Origin: Porticoccaceae bacterium
GTDB lineage: Bacteria > Pseudomonadota > Gammaproteobacteria > Pseudomonadales > Porticoccaceae
Reading direction: 5' to 3'
DNA: 64,000 nt
Assembly (NCBI GenBank): GCA_049890135.1
Contig: JBMHCB010000006.1
Span: 47,607-111,606 of the forward strand
The notes beneath the pieces were generated by a model that did not search any database, was not told the origin of the DNA, and was given only the letters and a program-made list of their open reading frames with translations. How positions within the stretch are numbered: the stretch's first letter is position 1; each line of letters begins with the position of its first letter. Positions 20,375-31,690 of the stretch are shown here, piece after piece. A program made the translations under genes and the position numbers.

Positions 20375-21323
20375 ACAAAGCGCCTCGCTGGCGTAAAACA
20401 GCAATAAGCAGACTAAGTCCGAAAGCGATACCCAGAGGCCAATGATAAAGAGAAATGGTTGGGCGTATAGTTTCAGCTTCTTGATTCACAGGCTCCAGTC
20501 GGTTTAATTCCTGATAAATAGCATTGAGCTCAGCGGGATTTCTTGCTCTAAAAAACTGACCTCCAGTAATTTTGGCAACTTCAGCTAGGGTTTGCTCATC
20601 TAGGCCATTTGCACCTCTAGCGCCTACACCAATAGTGTAAATTTTTACCTTGGCGCGACTGGCCAGCTGAGCTGCTTTGATGGGTTCCAGTACACCAGCA
20701 TTGTTAGCGCCATCAGTTAATAAGATAACAACGCGATGGTTTTTTGGGCGATCCTCTAGTCGTTTAACCGCTAGACCAATAGCATCACCAATAGCGGTAC
20801 CATTACTACCAGCAAAACCCATTTGCGCCTCATACAGCAGGGTTTGCAATGTTTTTCTATCAAAGGTTAGCGGCGTTTGAAGATAGGCTTGTTCACCAAA
20901 TAAAACCAAACCTAAGCGATCCCCCTCGCGTTGTTCGACAAAATCACCCACCACAGATTTTACCGCGACCAAACGATTAACTATTTGACCCCCAATACGC
21001 ATATCGCGTTGTCGCATACTGGGAGAAATATCCACTGCCAACAGCAAATCGCGACCGCTAGTGGGAAGGGCAACGGGATCCCCAATCCATTGTGGTCTTG
21101 ATGCGGCGACAAGAGTGCAAAGCCAACATATAAAAAGTAGGATTTTTAAAATATTAGTTACCCAAGATGCACTTTTAGCTGGCTTATCCTCAGAGTCGAC
21201 AATGGCCAGCATAGCGGGCGCTCTCAATGCGCTAAAGGTTTGGTTAATAGGTTTACGCCAATATCGATAAATAAGCGGTATTGGCGACACAATTAGCACC
21301 CAAGGCCAGAGAAAGGTTAACAT
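20367..21323 (-). CDS. VWA-domain membrane protein (BatA-like)
   Basis: 318 aa with two N-terminal TM helices, the MIDAS motif LLAVDISPSM, a VWA fold and a C-terminal TM helix. Confidence 0.85.
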   Translation of the reverse strand: MLTFLWPWVLIVSPIPLIYRYWRKPINQTFSALRAPAMLAIVDSEDKPAKSASWVTNILKILLFICWLCTLVAASRPQWIGDPVALPTSGRDLLLAVDISPSMRQRDMRIGGQIVNRLVAVKSVVGDFVEQREGDRLGLVLFGEQAYLQTPLTFDRKTLQTLLYEAQMGFAGSNGTAIGDAIGLAVKRLEDRPKNHRVVILLTDGANNAGVLEPIKAAQLASRAKVKIYTIGVGARGANGLDEQTLAEVAKITGGQFFRARNPAELNAIYQELNRLEPVNQEAETIRPTISLYHWPLGIAFGLSLLIAVLRQRGALYG

Positions 21324-21811
21324 GGCTTAACCTCCAGTTTCGTGCCAACTGGATGTTGTTTAATCCATTGATAAGCCTCATTAAATAAACGGTCAACTAG
21401 CTCTGAAGTAACAGATTGCTGTTTGGCGTATAAAAGTTGCTCCCAATTAGCGGGAAGTTCTGAAAAAAGTACTTTGTTAGTACTATTTTGCAGAAACTGT
21501 ATAAATTCCTGATGACTTAGACTGGCAAGATTTTGTCCTGGATAGGCGCTAGTTGCTACTTGCTTAAGAAGATAAAGCAGTTCAATTAAACGCTGGCGTT
21601 GATCTGAATGAGCAATGTTTTTTAACCGGGCAAGAGCCTGTCGTCTATAACGCTGATTAAAAAAATAACTCAAACCAAAGCGCACACCTAAAAACAGGCC
21701 AGCAAGGCAGAGAATACCGGCAATCCACCATCCCAGAGCCAATGGCCACCAAGAAATTGCCTCAGGTAAATGAATATCTTTTAATTGTGCTAGGGGATTA
21801 CTTGGATTCAC
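21317..21811 (-). CDS. DUF4381-like membrane protein
   Basis: 164 aa with one TM helix (WWPLALGWWIAGILCLAGLFLGV). It holds the conserved position between the DUF58 and VWA genes and overlaps batA by 7 nt. Confidence 0.7.
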   Translation of the reverse strand: MNPSNPLAQLKDIHLPEAISWWPLALGWWIAGILCLAGLFLGVRFGLSYFFNQRYRRQALARLKNIAHSDQRQRLIELLYLLKQVATSAYPGQNLASLSHQEFIQFLQNSTNKVLFSELPANWEQLLYAKQQSVTSELVDRLFNEAYQWIKQHPVGTKLEVKPC

Positions 21812-21824
21812 TCAAAACTCCCAG

Positions 21825-22757
21825 CTAATTAGCTTTTCGAGCCAAGCGACGTTTACCGTAGGCTTTAGCTAACAATTGCATGACAGGCTCTGAGGTATCA
21901 AAGGGTAATAATCCAGCTGAGAGTTGTTCGCACAACTTTTGCAAAAGAGTTTGCCGTTGACTGTATTGATTGGCAAATTTATCGCGTAATTGTTGATTTC
22001 TGGTATCAAGAATGACCTGTTTTTTTCCATTAGTGACAGCATACTGAGCTGGATCAGGCAATCGACGTTCCAAGTGATCAGTGACTTGGCAGAAATTAAT
22101 ATTGCAGTGCTTTGCTAAAGAAAATAGATGTGGTTCGCACTCACTGTCGAGGTCATAAAAGTCACTCACAATAAATACGGTGCTTCCCGGTAGCGCAAGA
22201 CGTCTTGATTCTTCGAGAATAGTCGCCAAATTTAATCTATCTGTTTGAGGCTTCAAGAGAGCTTCGCTGAAATTTTGAAGACCATGAATAAATTGCAGTG
22301 CAGTGTGATGGTTTCGCTTGGGTTTTATATCTAGTTGTTTTTGAGCACCAAAGATAACACCGCCAACGCGGTCATTAATGCCAAGCCCTGCCCATGCAAG
22401 CGCAGCTGAAACCTCACAGGCAACCACCGACTTAAGTCTTTGGCTGCCAAAAAACATCGAGCTTCTTAGATCGGATATTATTAGGATGGGTCGTTCGCGT
22501 TCTTCGATAAATACTTTAGTGTGGGGTACCTGCGTACGAGCGGTCACTCGCCAATCAATACTGCGAACATCATCGCCCGCTTGGTAAAGCCGCACCTGAT
22601 CAAAATCCATTCCTCTGCCACGAAAATGTGATCTATGCCCACCCGCTAGCATTTGCCTGGCTTGAAGCTTTGGAAAGTTAGTTAATTCCCTAGCGGCATA
22701 ACGAAGTCTAATTAATGTATTAGAATCAGCTATTGCAGGATTAGATGACATAGCCAA
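21825..22757 (-). CDS. DUF58 protein (MoxR-associated, VWA-like)
   Basis: 310 aa with the hallmark motif VRLYQAGDDVRSIDWRVTAR. It lies directly downstream of moxR. Confidence 0.85.
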   Translation of the reverse strand: MAMSSNPAIADSNTLIRLRYAARELTNFPKLQARQMLAGGHRSHFRGRGMDFDQVRLYQAGDDVRSIDWRVTARTQVPHTKVFIEERERPILIISDLRSSMFFGSQRLKSVVACEVSAALAWAGLGINDRVGGVIFGAQKQLDIKPKRNHHTALQFIHGLQNFSEALLKPQTDRLNLATILEESRRLALPGSTVFIVSDFYDLDSECEPHLFSLAKHCNINFCQVTDHLERRLPDPAQYAVTNGKKQVILDTRNQQLRDKFANQYSQRQTLLQKLCEQLSAGLLPFDTSEPVMQLLAKAYGKRRLARKAN

Positions 22758-22775
22758 AGTTCCAGCTTTATCTAT

Positions 22776-23729
22776 TTAGGCTGAGGGAACTGTGGAGAGT
22801 AGGGTATCGATAACTTTATTAGCATCAATCCCAGCGGCCTCAGCTTCAAAGCTTAGTATTAATCTGTGACGAAGCACATCGTGGGCCACGGCACGAACAT
22901 CATCTGGTGTGACATAGTCGCGATTATCTAGCCATGCAATAGTGCGACTGCATCTGTCCAGTGCAATGGTTGCCCTTGGACTGGCGCCATAGTCTAACCA
23001 AGCGGCTAGATCACCGCCGTAGGCTTCAGTGCTTCGAGTCGCAAGAATAATCTGTACCAGATATTCCTCAACAGCTTCATTCATATGCACTGCCAGCACT
23101 TCTTTTCTGGCGGCAAATAAATCTTGTTGAGATATGGTGTTAAAATCAAATGTCTGTTCGCCCTGAGCCTCTTGTCGTGATAGTTGTAGGATACTTTTTT
23201 CGCTATCAGGTGAGGGATAATCGACAGACACATGCATCAAAAAGCGGTCCATTTGAGCTTCAGGCAGTGGGTAGGTGCCTTCTTGTTCAATCGGATTCTG
23301 GGTTGCCATAACAAGGAATAAATCAGGCAGTGGATAGCTATTTTTGCCCACAGAAATTTGTCTTTCAGCCATGGCTTCCAAAAGGGCTGATTGCACCTTA
23401 GCAGGTGCGCGGTTAATTTCATCGGCTAATACCAGATTATGAAATAAAGGACCTGCTTGAAATTCAAAAATTCCCTGTTCAGGACGGTAGATGTCGCTAC
23501 CTGTGATATCTGAAGGTAATAGATCTGGCGTAAATTGAACCCGATGGAAATTTGCATCTAACCCTTCAGAAACTGTTTTAATCGCTTTGGTTTTTGCTAA
23601 TCCTGGCGCGCCTTCAACTAAAAGATGGCCATCGGCTAAAAGAGCGATAATAATCCGTTCAATTAGTTGTTGCTGACCGACAATTCTGCTGTTTAGCCAA
23701 GTTTTCAGGCTATCTATATTCTGATGCAA
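22776..23729 (-). CDS. MoxR-family AAA+ ATPase
   Basis: 317 aa with Walker A GAPGLAKT and Walker B LVLADEINRA, followed by the APAKVQSALLEAM motif. Confidence 0.92.
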   Translation of the reverse strand: MHQNIDSLKTWLNSRIVGQQQLIERIIIALLADGHLLVEGAPGLAKTKAIKTVSEGLDANFHRVQFTPDLLPSDITGSDIYRPEQGIFEFQAGPLFHNLVLADEINRAPAKVQSALLEAMAERQISVGKNSYPLPDLFLVMATQNPIEQEGTYPLPEAQMDRFLMHVSVDYPSPDSEKSILQLSRQEAQGEQTFDFNTISQQDLFAARKEVLAVHMNEAVEEYLVQIILATRSTEAYGGDLAAWLDYGASPRATIALDRCSRTIAWLDNRDYVTPDDVRAVAHDVLRHRLILSFEAEAAGIDANKVIDTLLSTVPSA

Positions 23730-23856
23730 GTTGTACCTCTATAAAATTAAAGCTAAAAAAACCGAATGTCGATTTTAGTGAGTCTCTTGATAAGAAACAA
23801 TTAACGATGAAAAATATTTAAAAATTAAGTCTGTTAAATAATAGTTTAAAATCGTT

Positions 23857-24075
23857 CTAAAGATTACTTACCTTTTGTTGCAGAGCTGCTTGGCTAAGTC
23901 CACTCCAATAATCAGCTCGCCCTTGACGCCAGCCCGAACACCAGTGAAAGCCCAGAACTGATTCGGTTTGATAGGGGCAGGTTGAAATTGAGCGCTGTTG
24001 AATAGCAGTTTGATAGCCTTTGAGAAAGGCGCGGTGGGATAAATCTTTTTTATGTTTTTTCATAGGTTTCTCCAT
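23857..24075 (-). CDS. rmf: Ribosome modulation factor
   Basis: Conserved core RAFLKGYQTAIQQRSISTCPYQ...GWRQGR. The true start may be the internal Met at 24063. Confidence 0.85.
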   Translation of the reverse strand: MEKPMKKHKKDLSHRAFLKGYQTAIQQRSISTCPYQTESVLGFHWCSGWRQGRADYWSGLSQAALQQKVSNL

Positions 24076-24265
24076 GTGTAATATTCCATCTTCAGACTGA
24101 AAAGAAATAATTTATAGCTATTTTTTAACAATCTGCTTGTAAAGAGAGATAGAATGACGACCTATATTCGGTGCTGACAGGCCACATTCTGTTAAAAAGC
24201 TACCCTAATATTTTTATGACCGTTAATTTTTTTGATGGTTCCATACTTTTCAGGACATATAAAGC

Positions 24266-26443
24266 GTGCCTTTGATGACAGATATTACTGCTTGGTTAGC
24301 AACTTGCCCTAAAGGTATGGAGCAACTTTTAGCTGACGAGCTTGAAGCTTTAGGAGCTTCAGAGGTCAAGCAAACCCTAGCGGCAGTGCATTTCCAGGGT
24401 TCACTAGAGATAGCCTATAGGTCATGCCTTTGGTCCCGTATAGCTAATCGCATTCTTCTGCCATTATTAAGCTTCAAGCTCGATAGCACGGATGATCTCT
24501 ATAAGCACTCAGTTGATATTCCATGGGAAGATCATCTCACTGTGGATAACAGTATAGCCATTGATTTTATTGGCACCTCAAAATATATCGACAATAGTAT
24601 GTATGGTGCGCAACTGTTGAAAGATGCTGTAGTGGATCGAATTAGGCGTGCTGCAGGTGGACGCCCTAATGTAGATGCAAAGTCACCAGATATTCGTATA
24701 CAGGCGCGTCAGCACAAAGGCCAGGTCGTTGTATCTTTGGATATATCGGGCGAAAGCTTGCATAAGCGAGGGTATCGAACTGGGCAGGGCAGTGCGCCAC
24801 TGAAAGAGAATCTTGCCGCGGCATTGCTAATGCGCGCCGGCTGGCCAAAAATTGCCGCGCAGGGCGGCGCTTTAATTGATCCAATGTGTGGTAGCGGTAC
24901 CTTCTTAATTGAAGCGGGAATGATGGCGGCGGATATTGCGCCAGCGATAATCCGCCAAACTTTCGGTTTTACCCATTGGTTACAGCATGATGAAGCGCTT
25001 TGGGATTCGTTGCTAAAAGAGGCGCAGCAAAGACGAGAAGCTGGTTTAAACACATTTGCCAACGATATCCGTGGTTATGATGGCAATAATCGCGTACTGG
25101 ATGTTACTGTTACCAATATTGAAAATGCCGGTCTTGATGAACATATTCGTATCGCTCACAAGCCGCTCGATCAATTTGGCAAAGCAACAGCCGACAGTGG
25201 CTTACTCATTACCAATCCCCCCTATGGCGCCAGAATGGGCGAGCAGGAGCAACTCGTGCCGCTTTATCAAAAGTTAGGTATCGTGCTTCAGAAAAGCTTT
25301 AATCAATGGCGTGCCGCAGTCTACACTGGAAACTTAGATCTAGCTCGCGAGTTGGATTTATCGCCTACAAAGCAATACAGTCTTTTTAATGGCTCTATTC
25401 CCTGTAAATTATTAGTATTTGACAATATGCAGTCTAAGTCAGAGCAGATTGCAGAACGTTTAAGTAAGCCGGCACCGGTTCAGCCTCTATCAGAAGAGGC
25501 CAAAATGCTATTTAACCGTTTGCAAAAAAATCAAAGACGCCTAAAAGGCTGGCTTAAAAAATCGGGTATTAGCTGTTATCGCCTGTATGATGCTGATATC
25601 CCAGAATATGCCGCCGCCATTGATATCTATGAGCAACGTATCTATGTTCAGGAATATGCGGCACCCAGCACTATCGAGGAACGTATCGCCAAGCAACGAT
25701 TTGATACTATCAAGCGTGCAATCAAAGAATTTGCTGGTGATAAATATGAAAAAATTTATTACAAGGAGCGCCGTCGTCAGAAGGGTGACGCTCAATATCA
25801 GCGATTAAACCAAGAAGTCGCTGAAACAATTGTGGTTAATGAGGGTAGGGCGTGCTTTGAGGTTAATCTCAGCGATTATCTGGATACGGGGTTATTCCTC
25901 GATCATCGACCAGTTCGGGCAATAGTTAGCGAGTTAGCCTCAGGGAAGTCACTGCTTAATCTATTTTGCTATACCGCGTCTGCCACGGTACAGGCGGCTT
26001 TAGCAGGGGCTAAGACCTCTCTGAGCATTGATATGTCTAATACCTACCTAGACTGGGCGCGGCGCAACTTTGAGCTTAATAGTCTAAGCACATTCAAGCA
26101 TCAGCTACTGAGAGCCGATTGCCTCAAGTGGTTAGAAGAAGATAGTCAAACCTTTGATGTAATCTTCTTAGACCCGCCAACATTCTCCAATTCAAAGAAA
26201 ATGGAATCAGTGTTGGATGTTCAGCGTGATCATCCTGAACTTATTCGTCAGGCTATGGCCAAGTTAAACCCTGAAGGCATATTGGTTTTCTCTAATAATT
26301 TCCGCAAATTTAAGTTGGATGAATTAATATCACGTCAATTTAATTGTGAAAATATTACCCAGCAAACTTTAGATAGTGATTTTGAGCGCAACCCACGTAT
26401 TCATAATGTGTGGTTGATTAGTAAACGAAGCTCATTTGGATAA
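24266..26443 (+). CDS. rlmL: Bifunctional 23S rRNA m2G2445/m7G2069 methyltransferase
   Basis: 725 aa with a THUMP-like N-terminus, a first MTase carrying DPMCGSGTFLIEA and ITNPPYG, and a second C-terminal SAM MTase (LLNLFCYTASATV, IFLDPPTFS). The start is GTG 24266 or ATG 24275. Confidence 0.9.
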   Translation: MPLMTDITAWLATCPKGMEQLLADELEALGASEVKQTLAAVHFQGSLEIAYRSCLWSRIANRILLPLLSFKLDSTDDLYKHSVDIPWEDHLTVDNSIAIDFIGTSKYIDNSMYGAQLLKDAVVDRIRRAAGGRPNVDAKSPDIRIQARQHKGQVVVSLDISGESLHKRGYRTGQGSAPLKENLAAALLMRAGWPKIAAQGGALIDPMCGSGTFLIEAGMMAADIAPAIIRQTFGFTHWLQHDEALWDSLLKEAQQRREAGLNTFANDIRGYDGNNRVLDVTVTNIENAGLDEHIRIAHKPLDQFGKATADSGLLITNPPYGARMGEQEQLVPLYQKLGIVLQKSFNQWRAAVYTGNLDLARELDLSPTKQYSLFNGSIPCKLLVFDNMQSKSEQIAERLSKPAPVQPLSEEAKMLFNRLQKNQRRLKGWLKKSGISCYRLYDADIPEYAAAIDIYEQRIYVQEYAAPSTIEERIAKQRFDTIKRAIKEFAGDKYEKIYYKERRRQKGDAQYQRLNQEVAETIVVNEGRACFEVNLSDYLDTGLFLDHRPVRAIVSELASGKSLLNLFCYTASATVQAALAGAKTSLSIDMSNTYLDWARRNFELNSLSTFKHQLLRADCLKWLEEDSQTFDVIFLDPPTFSNSKKMESVLDVQRDHPELIRQAMAKLNPEGILVFSNNFRKFKLDELISRQFNCENITQQTLDSDFERNPRIHNVWLISKRSSFG

Positions 26444-26448
26444 CCCTG

Positions 26449-26685
26449 ATGGAGAAAAAAATTACCCTAATAAGCGGCCCAAATTGCCATCTTTGCGACC
26501 AAGCAAAGGCGATGCTTTATCCGCTATTAGAGGTTAAAAATATTCAACTAAATGAGCTAAATGTAAGGGATGATGTCGCGCTTTTTGAGCAGTATGGGGT
26601 GCGAATTCCTGTGGTAGTTTTTGCTGATGGCCGTGAAAAAGGCTGGCCATTTACCACAGCGCAAATTGCTAGAATGATAGATTAA
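26449..26685 (+). CDS. Glutaredoxin-like small protein (DUF836 type)
   Basis: 78 aa with a CHLC redox motif near the N-terminus, 5 nt downstream of rlmL. Confidence 0.75.
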   Translation: MEKKITLISGPNCHLCDQAKAMLYPLLEVKNIQLNELNVRDDVALFEQYGVRIPVVVFADGREKGWPFTTAQIARMID

Positions 26686-26726
26686 AATATAACAATATCA
26701 ATAATTTAAAGTGCAATTATTATAAT

Positions 26727-27179
26727 TTACTTTATGAGTGGATTCAGGTAAGAATCCAGTGCATTAGCAAAATCCATTCTATCTCTTTGGCTTAATGGAG
26801 GCGGTCCGCCACCCACCTCAACACCACTTGATCGCATAGAGTCCATAAAGTCGCGCATATTGAGTCGAGCGCGAATATTTGAGCTTGTATAAAGTTCACC
26901 CCGAGGGTTCAGTGCCTTGGCTTGTTTTTCGATCACTTCTGCCGCTAGAGGGATATCTGCAGTTATCACTAAATCGTCTTTTTCAACCAGGCTAACAATA
27001 TGATCATCGGCCACATCAAAACCCGAGCTGACACATATGGATTTAACCGTAGGTATTCTGGGTGTGCTAAGGGGGTGATTGGCTACTAAAATAACTTCAA
27101 TACCGGTGCGTTGAGACACACGGTATAAAATATCTTTTATCACCACTGGGCAGGCATCAGCATCGACGTATATTTTCAA
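26727..27179 (-). CDS. YaiI/YqxD family protein (UPF0178)
   Basis: 150 aa starting [12 protein letters not shown], the characteristic N-terminus of this family. Confidence 0.8.
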   Translation of the reverse strand: MKIYVDADACPVVIKDILYRVSQRTGIEVILVANHPLSTPRIPTVKSICVSSGFDVADDHIVSLVEKDDLVITADIPLAAEVIEKQAKALNPRGELYTSSNIRARLNMRDFMDSMRSSGVEVGGGPPPLSQRDRMDFANALDSYLNPLIK

Positions 27180-27347
27180 GGATGTTGCTCATATTAGTTC
27201 GTATTTTGTTATTGTAACTGATTCTTTCTTTTTAAGACTAAATCTAGTACTTGAAAAGCCCGCAGTAGTGGGTAAAATGCCGCCCCTAACAATAAATTAT
27301 TATCATGTGACCTCTAGTATGGGCCACCACTGAAAGGAAAAGCTATT

Positions 27348-29264
27348 ATGCCTGTTATTACTCTCCCCGATGGCTCTCGCCGTGAATTTGATTCTGCTGT
27401 TTCTGTGCTTGATATAGCCACAGATATAGGCCCTGGTCTTGCTAAGGCAACCATTGCTGGCGAGGTCAATGGAAATTTAGTTGATGCTTGTGACCTGATT
27501 GAAAACGATGCCAATATTAGAATTATCACTGAACGAGATGCCGAAGGCGTCGATATTATCCGCCACTCCTGTGCTCATTTGTTAGGTCATGCAGTCAAGC
27601 AGTTGTATCCAAACGCCCAAATGGTGATTGGCCCTGTGATTGAAAATGGCTTCTATTATGATATTGCCTATGAGCGCGCTTTTACCCCGGATGACTTAAC
27701 GGCTATTGAAGAGCGTATGAAGGCGCTTATCGCAACAGACTATGATGTGGTTAAAAAGGTAACTCCACGCAACGAGGTGATAGAAACCTTTGAGGCGCGG
27801 GGCGAAAGTTATAAGCTACAGTTAGTTGCAGATATGCCTGATGAGCAAACTATGGGTTTGTATTATCATCAAGAATACATTGATATGTGTCGTGGTCCCC
27901 ATGTGCCCAATACGCGTTTTTTGAAGCATATGCAGTTAACCAAAATTTCTGGCGCTTATTGGCGTGGCGACGCTCAAAATGAGCAGTTACAACGAATTTA
28001 TGGTACGGCTTGGGCCAATAAAAAAGAGTTAAAAGCCTATATCATCCGCATGGCGGAAGCGGAAAAGCGCGATCATCGTAAAATTGGCAAAAAGCTTGAT
28101 CTGTTTCATATGCAGGAAGAAGCGCCGGGTTCTGTGTTTTGGCACCCTAAAGGCTGGGCGATTTATAACGGCATTATGGACTATATGCGCCAAAAACAGG
28201 TTGAGCATGGCTATACTGAAATTAGAACACCTCAGGTAGTAGATTACAGTTTGTGGGAAAAGTCAGGCCATGCGGATAAATTTGGCGACGATATGTTTTC
28301 GATTTCTTCTGAGGACAGGCAGTACGCAGTTAAGCCAATGAACTGCCCCTGTCATATTCAGGTATTTAATCAGGGTCTGAGAAGTTATCGCGATTTACCT
28401 TACAGAGTTACAGAGTTTGGTGCCTGCCATCGCAATGAGCCATCGGGCTCTCTGCACGGCATTATGCGGGTTCGTTCATTTACACAGGATGATGGTCATA
28501 TCTTTTGTACTGAAGAGCAGATTCAATCCGAAGTGTCTAACTTTATGGATGTTTTGCACGATGTGTATGCCGATTTTGGTTTTGATGAAATTATTTATCG
28601 CCTATCTACCCGCCCTGAAAAGCGTGTAGGTACAGATGAAAGTTGGGATCGCGCTGAAAAAGCATTGGCGGAAGCGCTGGATGCTAAAGACTTACCTTGG
28701 CAAGAGTTGCCGGGCGAGGGTGCCTTTTACGGTCCTAAGATAGAATTTTCGCTAAAAGATTGTATTGGCAGAGTGTGGCAAATGGGAACTATTCAGGTAG
28801 ATTTCTCTATGCCAGGTCGCCTTGATGCCGAATATGTTGCTGAAGATGGTAGTCGACAAACACCGGTTATGTTGCACCGAGCAATACTAGGTTCTTTTGA
28901 GCGATTTATCGGTATTTTGATCGAACAGCATGAAGGCGCATTTCCATTTTGGTTAGCTCCGCAACAGGCTATTGTGATCAATATTACCGATTCTCAGGCC
29001 GAATATGCCAATTTAGTCACTCAAACCATGCAAAATAAGGGATTTAGAGTGAATTCGGACTTGAGAAACGAGAAGATCGGCTTTAAAATTCGCGGTCACT
29101 CTATGCAGCGGGTTCCCTATCTTCTCGTTGTGGGTGATAAAGAGATTGAAAATGGCACTGTAGCAGTGCGAACGCGCGATGGCGAAGACTTGGGCAGTAT
29201 GACGATTGAAGAGGTTATTTCTCTCTTTGAACGCGATACAGAAAAGCGCAGTCGTGAACTTTAA
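27348..29264 (+). CDS. thrS: Threonyl-tRNA synthetase
   Basis: 638 aa with an N-terminal TGS domain ([10 protein letters not shown]), the editing-domain [10 protein letters not shown] motif and the class II core ([20 protein letters not shown]). Confidence 0.95.
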   Translation: MPVITLPDGSRREFDSAVSVLDIATDIGPGLAKATIAGEVNGNLVDACDLIENDANIRIITERDAEGVDIIRHSCAHLLGHAVKQLYPNAQMVIGPVIENGFYYDIAYERAFTPDDLTAIEERMKALIATDYDVVKKVTPRNEVIETFEARGESYKLQLVADMPDEQTMGLYYHQEYIDMCRGPHVPNTRFLKHMQLTKISGAYWRGDAQNEQLQRIYGTAWANKKELKAYIIRMAEAEKRDHRKIGKKLDLFHMQEEAPGSVFWHPKGWAIYNGIMDYMRQKQVEHGYTEIRTPQVVDYSLWEKSGHADKFGDDMFSISSEDRQYAVKPMNCPCHIQVFNQGLRSYRDLPYRVTEFGACHRNEPSGSLHGIMRVRSFTQDDGHIFCTEEQIQSEVSNFMDVLHDVYADFGFDEIIYRLSTRPEKRVGTDESWDRAEKALAEALDAKDLPWQELPGEGAFYGPKIEFSLKDCIGRVWQMGTIQVDFSMPGRLDAEYVAEDGSRQTPVMLHRAILGSFERFIGILIEQHEGAFPFWLAPQQAIVINITDSQAEYANLVTQTMQNKGFRVNSDLRNEKIGFKIRGHSMQRVPYLLVVGDKEIENGTVAVRTRDGEDLGSMTIEEVISLFERDTEKRSREL

Positions 29265-29284
29265 ACGGGTACGGAGTATTACTT

Positions 29285-29812
29285 ATTAAAAAAGACAGTA
29301 AGCGGGCACGCCTAAACGAAGATATAACATCTTCAGAGGTAAGGCTAATTGCAGCAGATGGTGCGCAGGTGGGTGTGGTTTCAATAGAGACTGCTTTAGA
29401 AACAGCGCAAAAGGATTCATTGGATTTGGTAGAGATTTCTCCCGATTCAACTCCTCCCGTTTGTAAAGTAATGGATTATGGCAAGCATGTCTTTGATATT
29501 AAGAAAAAAGCCGCTCTGCAAAAGAAGAAGCAAAAGCAGACCCAGGTTAAAGAGATTAAATTTCGTCCAGGAACGGATGTTGGTGATTACCAGATTAAAC
29601 TGCGTAATCTGATTAAGTTTTTGGAAAATGGTGATAAAACTAAAATTACTCTGCGTTTTCGCGGACGTGAAATGGCTCACCAAGAATTGGGGATGGAAAT
29701 GATGAAGCGTGTTGAAGCTGATCTTTCCGAGCTAGCTCAAGTAGAGCAGCACCCAAAATTAGAAGGCCGTCAGATGACTATGGTCATGGCGCCTTTTAGT
29801 AAAAAAAGGTAG
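29285..29812 (+). CDS. infC: Translation initiation factor IF-3 with a non-canonical AUU start
   Basis: The frame stays open upstream of the tracked GTG. It reads ATT AAA AAA GAC AGT AAG CGG... ([26 protein letters not shown]), matching the conserved IF-3 N-terminus. The ATT at 29285 is in frame, 84 nt upstream of 29369 and 21 nt after the thrS stop. Confidence 0.88.
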   Translation: MKKDSKRARLNEDITSSEVRLIAADGAQVGVVSIETALETAQKDSLDLVEISPDSTPPVCKVMDYGKHVFDIKKKAALQKKKQKQTQVKEIKFRPGTDVGDYQIKLRNLIKFLENGDKTKITLRFRGREMAHQELGMEMMKRVEADLSELAQVEQHPKLEGRQMTMVMAPFSKKR

Positions 29813-29930
29813 CAAAAAGCTACAGCAATAACAGTAAGAAAAACAGCGTGACCCGCGTTCAGCCAATGTTTTTGGCAGGCTGTCCGGGCGGCTCTTACTG
29901 AACATTAACCCTATTTTTAGGAGAACTAAA

Positions 29931-30125
29931 ATGCCAAAAGCAAAGACTCATAGTGGCGCTGCCAAGCGCTTCAAAAAGACGGCTGCGGGCTATAAGCATA
30001 AGCATCAGCACAAAAGCCATATTCTTACCAAAATGACCACCAAGCGTAAGCGTCAACTTCGCGGTACCAGCATCTTAACTGCTGCTGATAGCCCTCGAGT
30101 AGACCGCATGTTGCGTGGCCTGTAA
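29931..30125 (+). CDS. rpmI: 50S ribosomal protein L35
   Basis: 64 aa starting [17 protein letters not shown]. Confidence 0.93.
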   Translation: MPKAKTHSGAAKRFKKTAAGYKHKHQHKSHILTKMTTKRKRQLRGTSILTAADSPRVDRMLRGL

Positions 30126-30151
30126 TTAACTGAATTTGGTAGGAGAATACT

Positions 30152-30520
30152 ATGCCTAGAGTAAAACGTGGTGTCGAAGCTAATCGTCGACACAAAAAGA
30201 TTTTAAAGCAAGCTAAAGGTTACTACGGTGCAAGAAGCCGAGTTTTTCGTGTAGCTACACAGGCTGTCACTAAAGCAGGTCAGTACGCATACCGCGATCG
30301 CCGTGCCAAGAAGCGAACTTTCCGTAGACTTTGGATTGCTCGAATTAATGCACAATCTCGTGTAGAAGGTTTGAGCTATAGCAGACTTATTAACGGTCTA
30401 AGTAAAGCCAAGATCGAACTCGATCGACGCGTGCTTGCAGACTTAGCCGTTTATGATAAGCCTGCCTTTGGTGCGGTAGTTAAGAAAGCAAAGACTGCCC
30501 TAGCCAAAGCTGCTAAGTAA
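30152..30520 (+). CDS. rplT: 50S ribosomal protein L20
   Basis: 122 aa starting [26 protein letters not shown]. Confidence 0.95.
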   Translation: MPRVKRGVEANRRHKKILKQAKGYYGARSRVFRVATQAVTKAGQYAYRDRRAKKRTFRRLWIARINAQSRVEGLSYSRLINGLSKAKIELDRRVLADLAVYDKPAFGAVVKKAKTALAKAAK

Positions 30521-30564
30521 TATCTAACAGCTATTTATTCATACAATGGATAATATGCTGGCGA

Positions 30565-30601
30565 AATAGGGAAGGGGCTTTTGCTCTTTCCCTATTTTTT
30601 T
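30565..30601 (+). terminator. Rho-independent terminator/attenuator between rplT and pheS
   Basis: AATAGGGAA...TTCCCTATT stem followed by a T7 run. Confidence 0.6.
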
Positions 30602-30619
30602 ACAGTTAGAGTAGAATAG

Positions 30620-31678
<1,059 letters not shown>

Positions 31679-31690
31679 GTAGAGGGATTT

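Noticed and set aside
27180-27347. Possible ThrRS translational operator (tRNA-Thr anticodon-arm mimic) in the thrS leader. A possible L20 pseudoknot operator before rpmI (29813-29930) is the same kind of case.
   Set aside because: I could not fold convincing, conserved structures by eye, and this needs covariance models or comparative alignment.
30546-30569. Mini-ORF MDNMLAK upstream of pheS as a possible pheST attenuator leader peptide.
   Set aside because: It has no Phe codons, so it cannot sense Phe-tRNA charging the way the E. coli leader peptide does.
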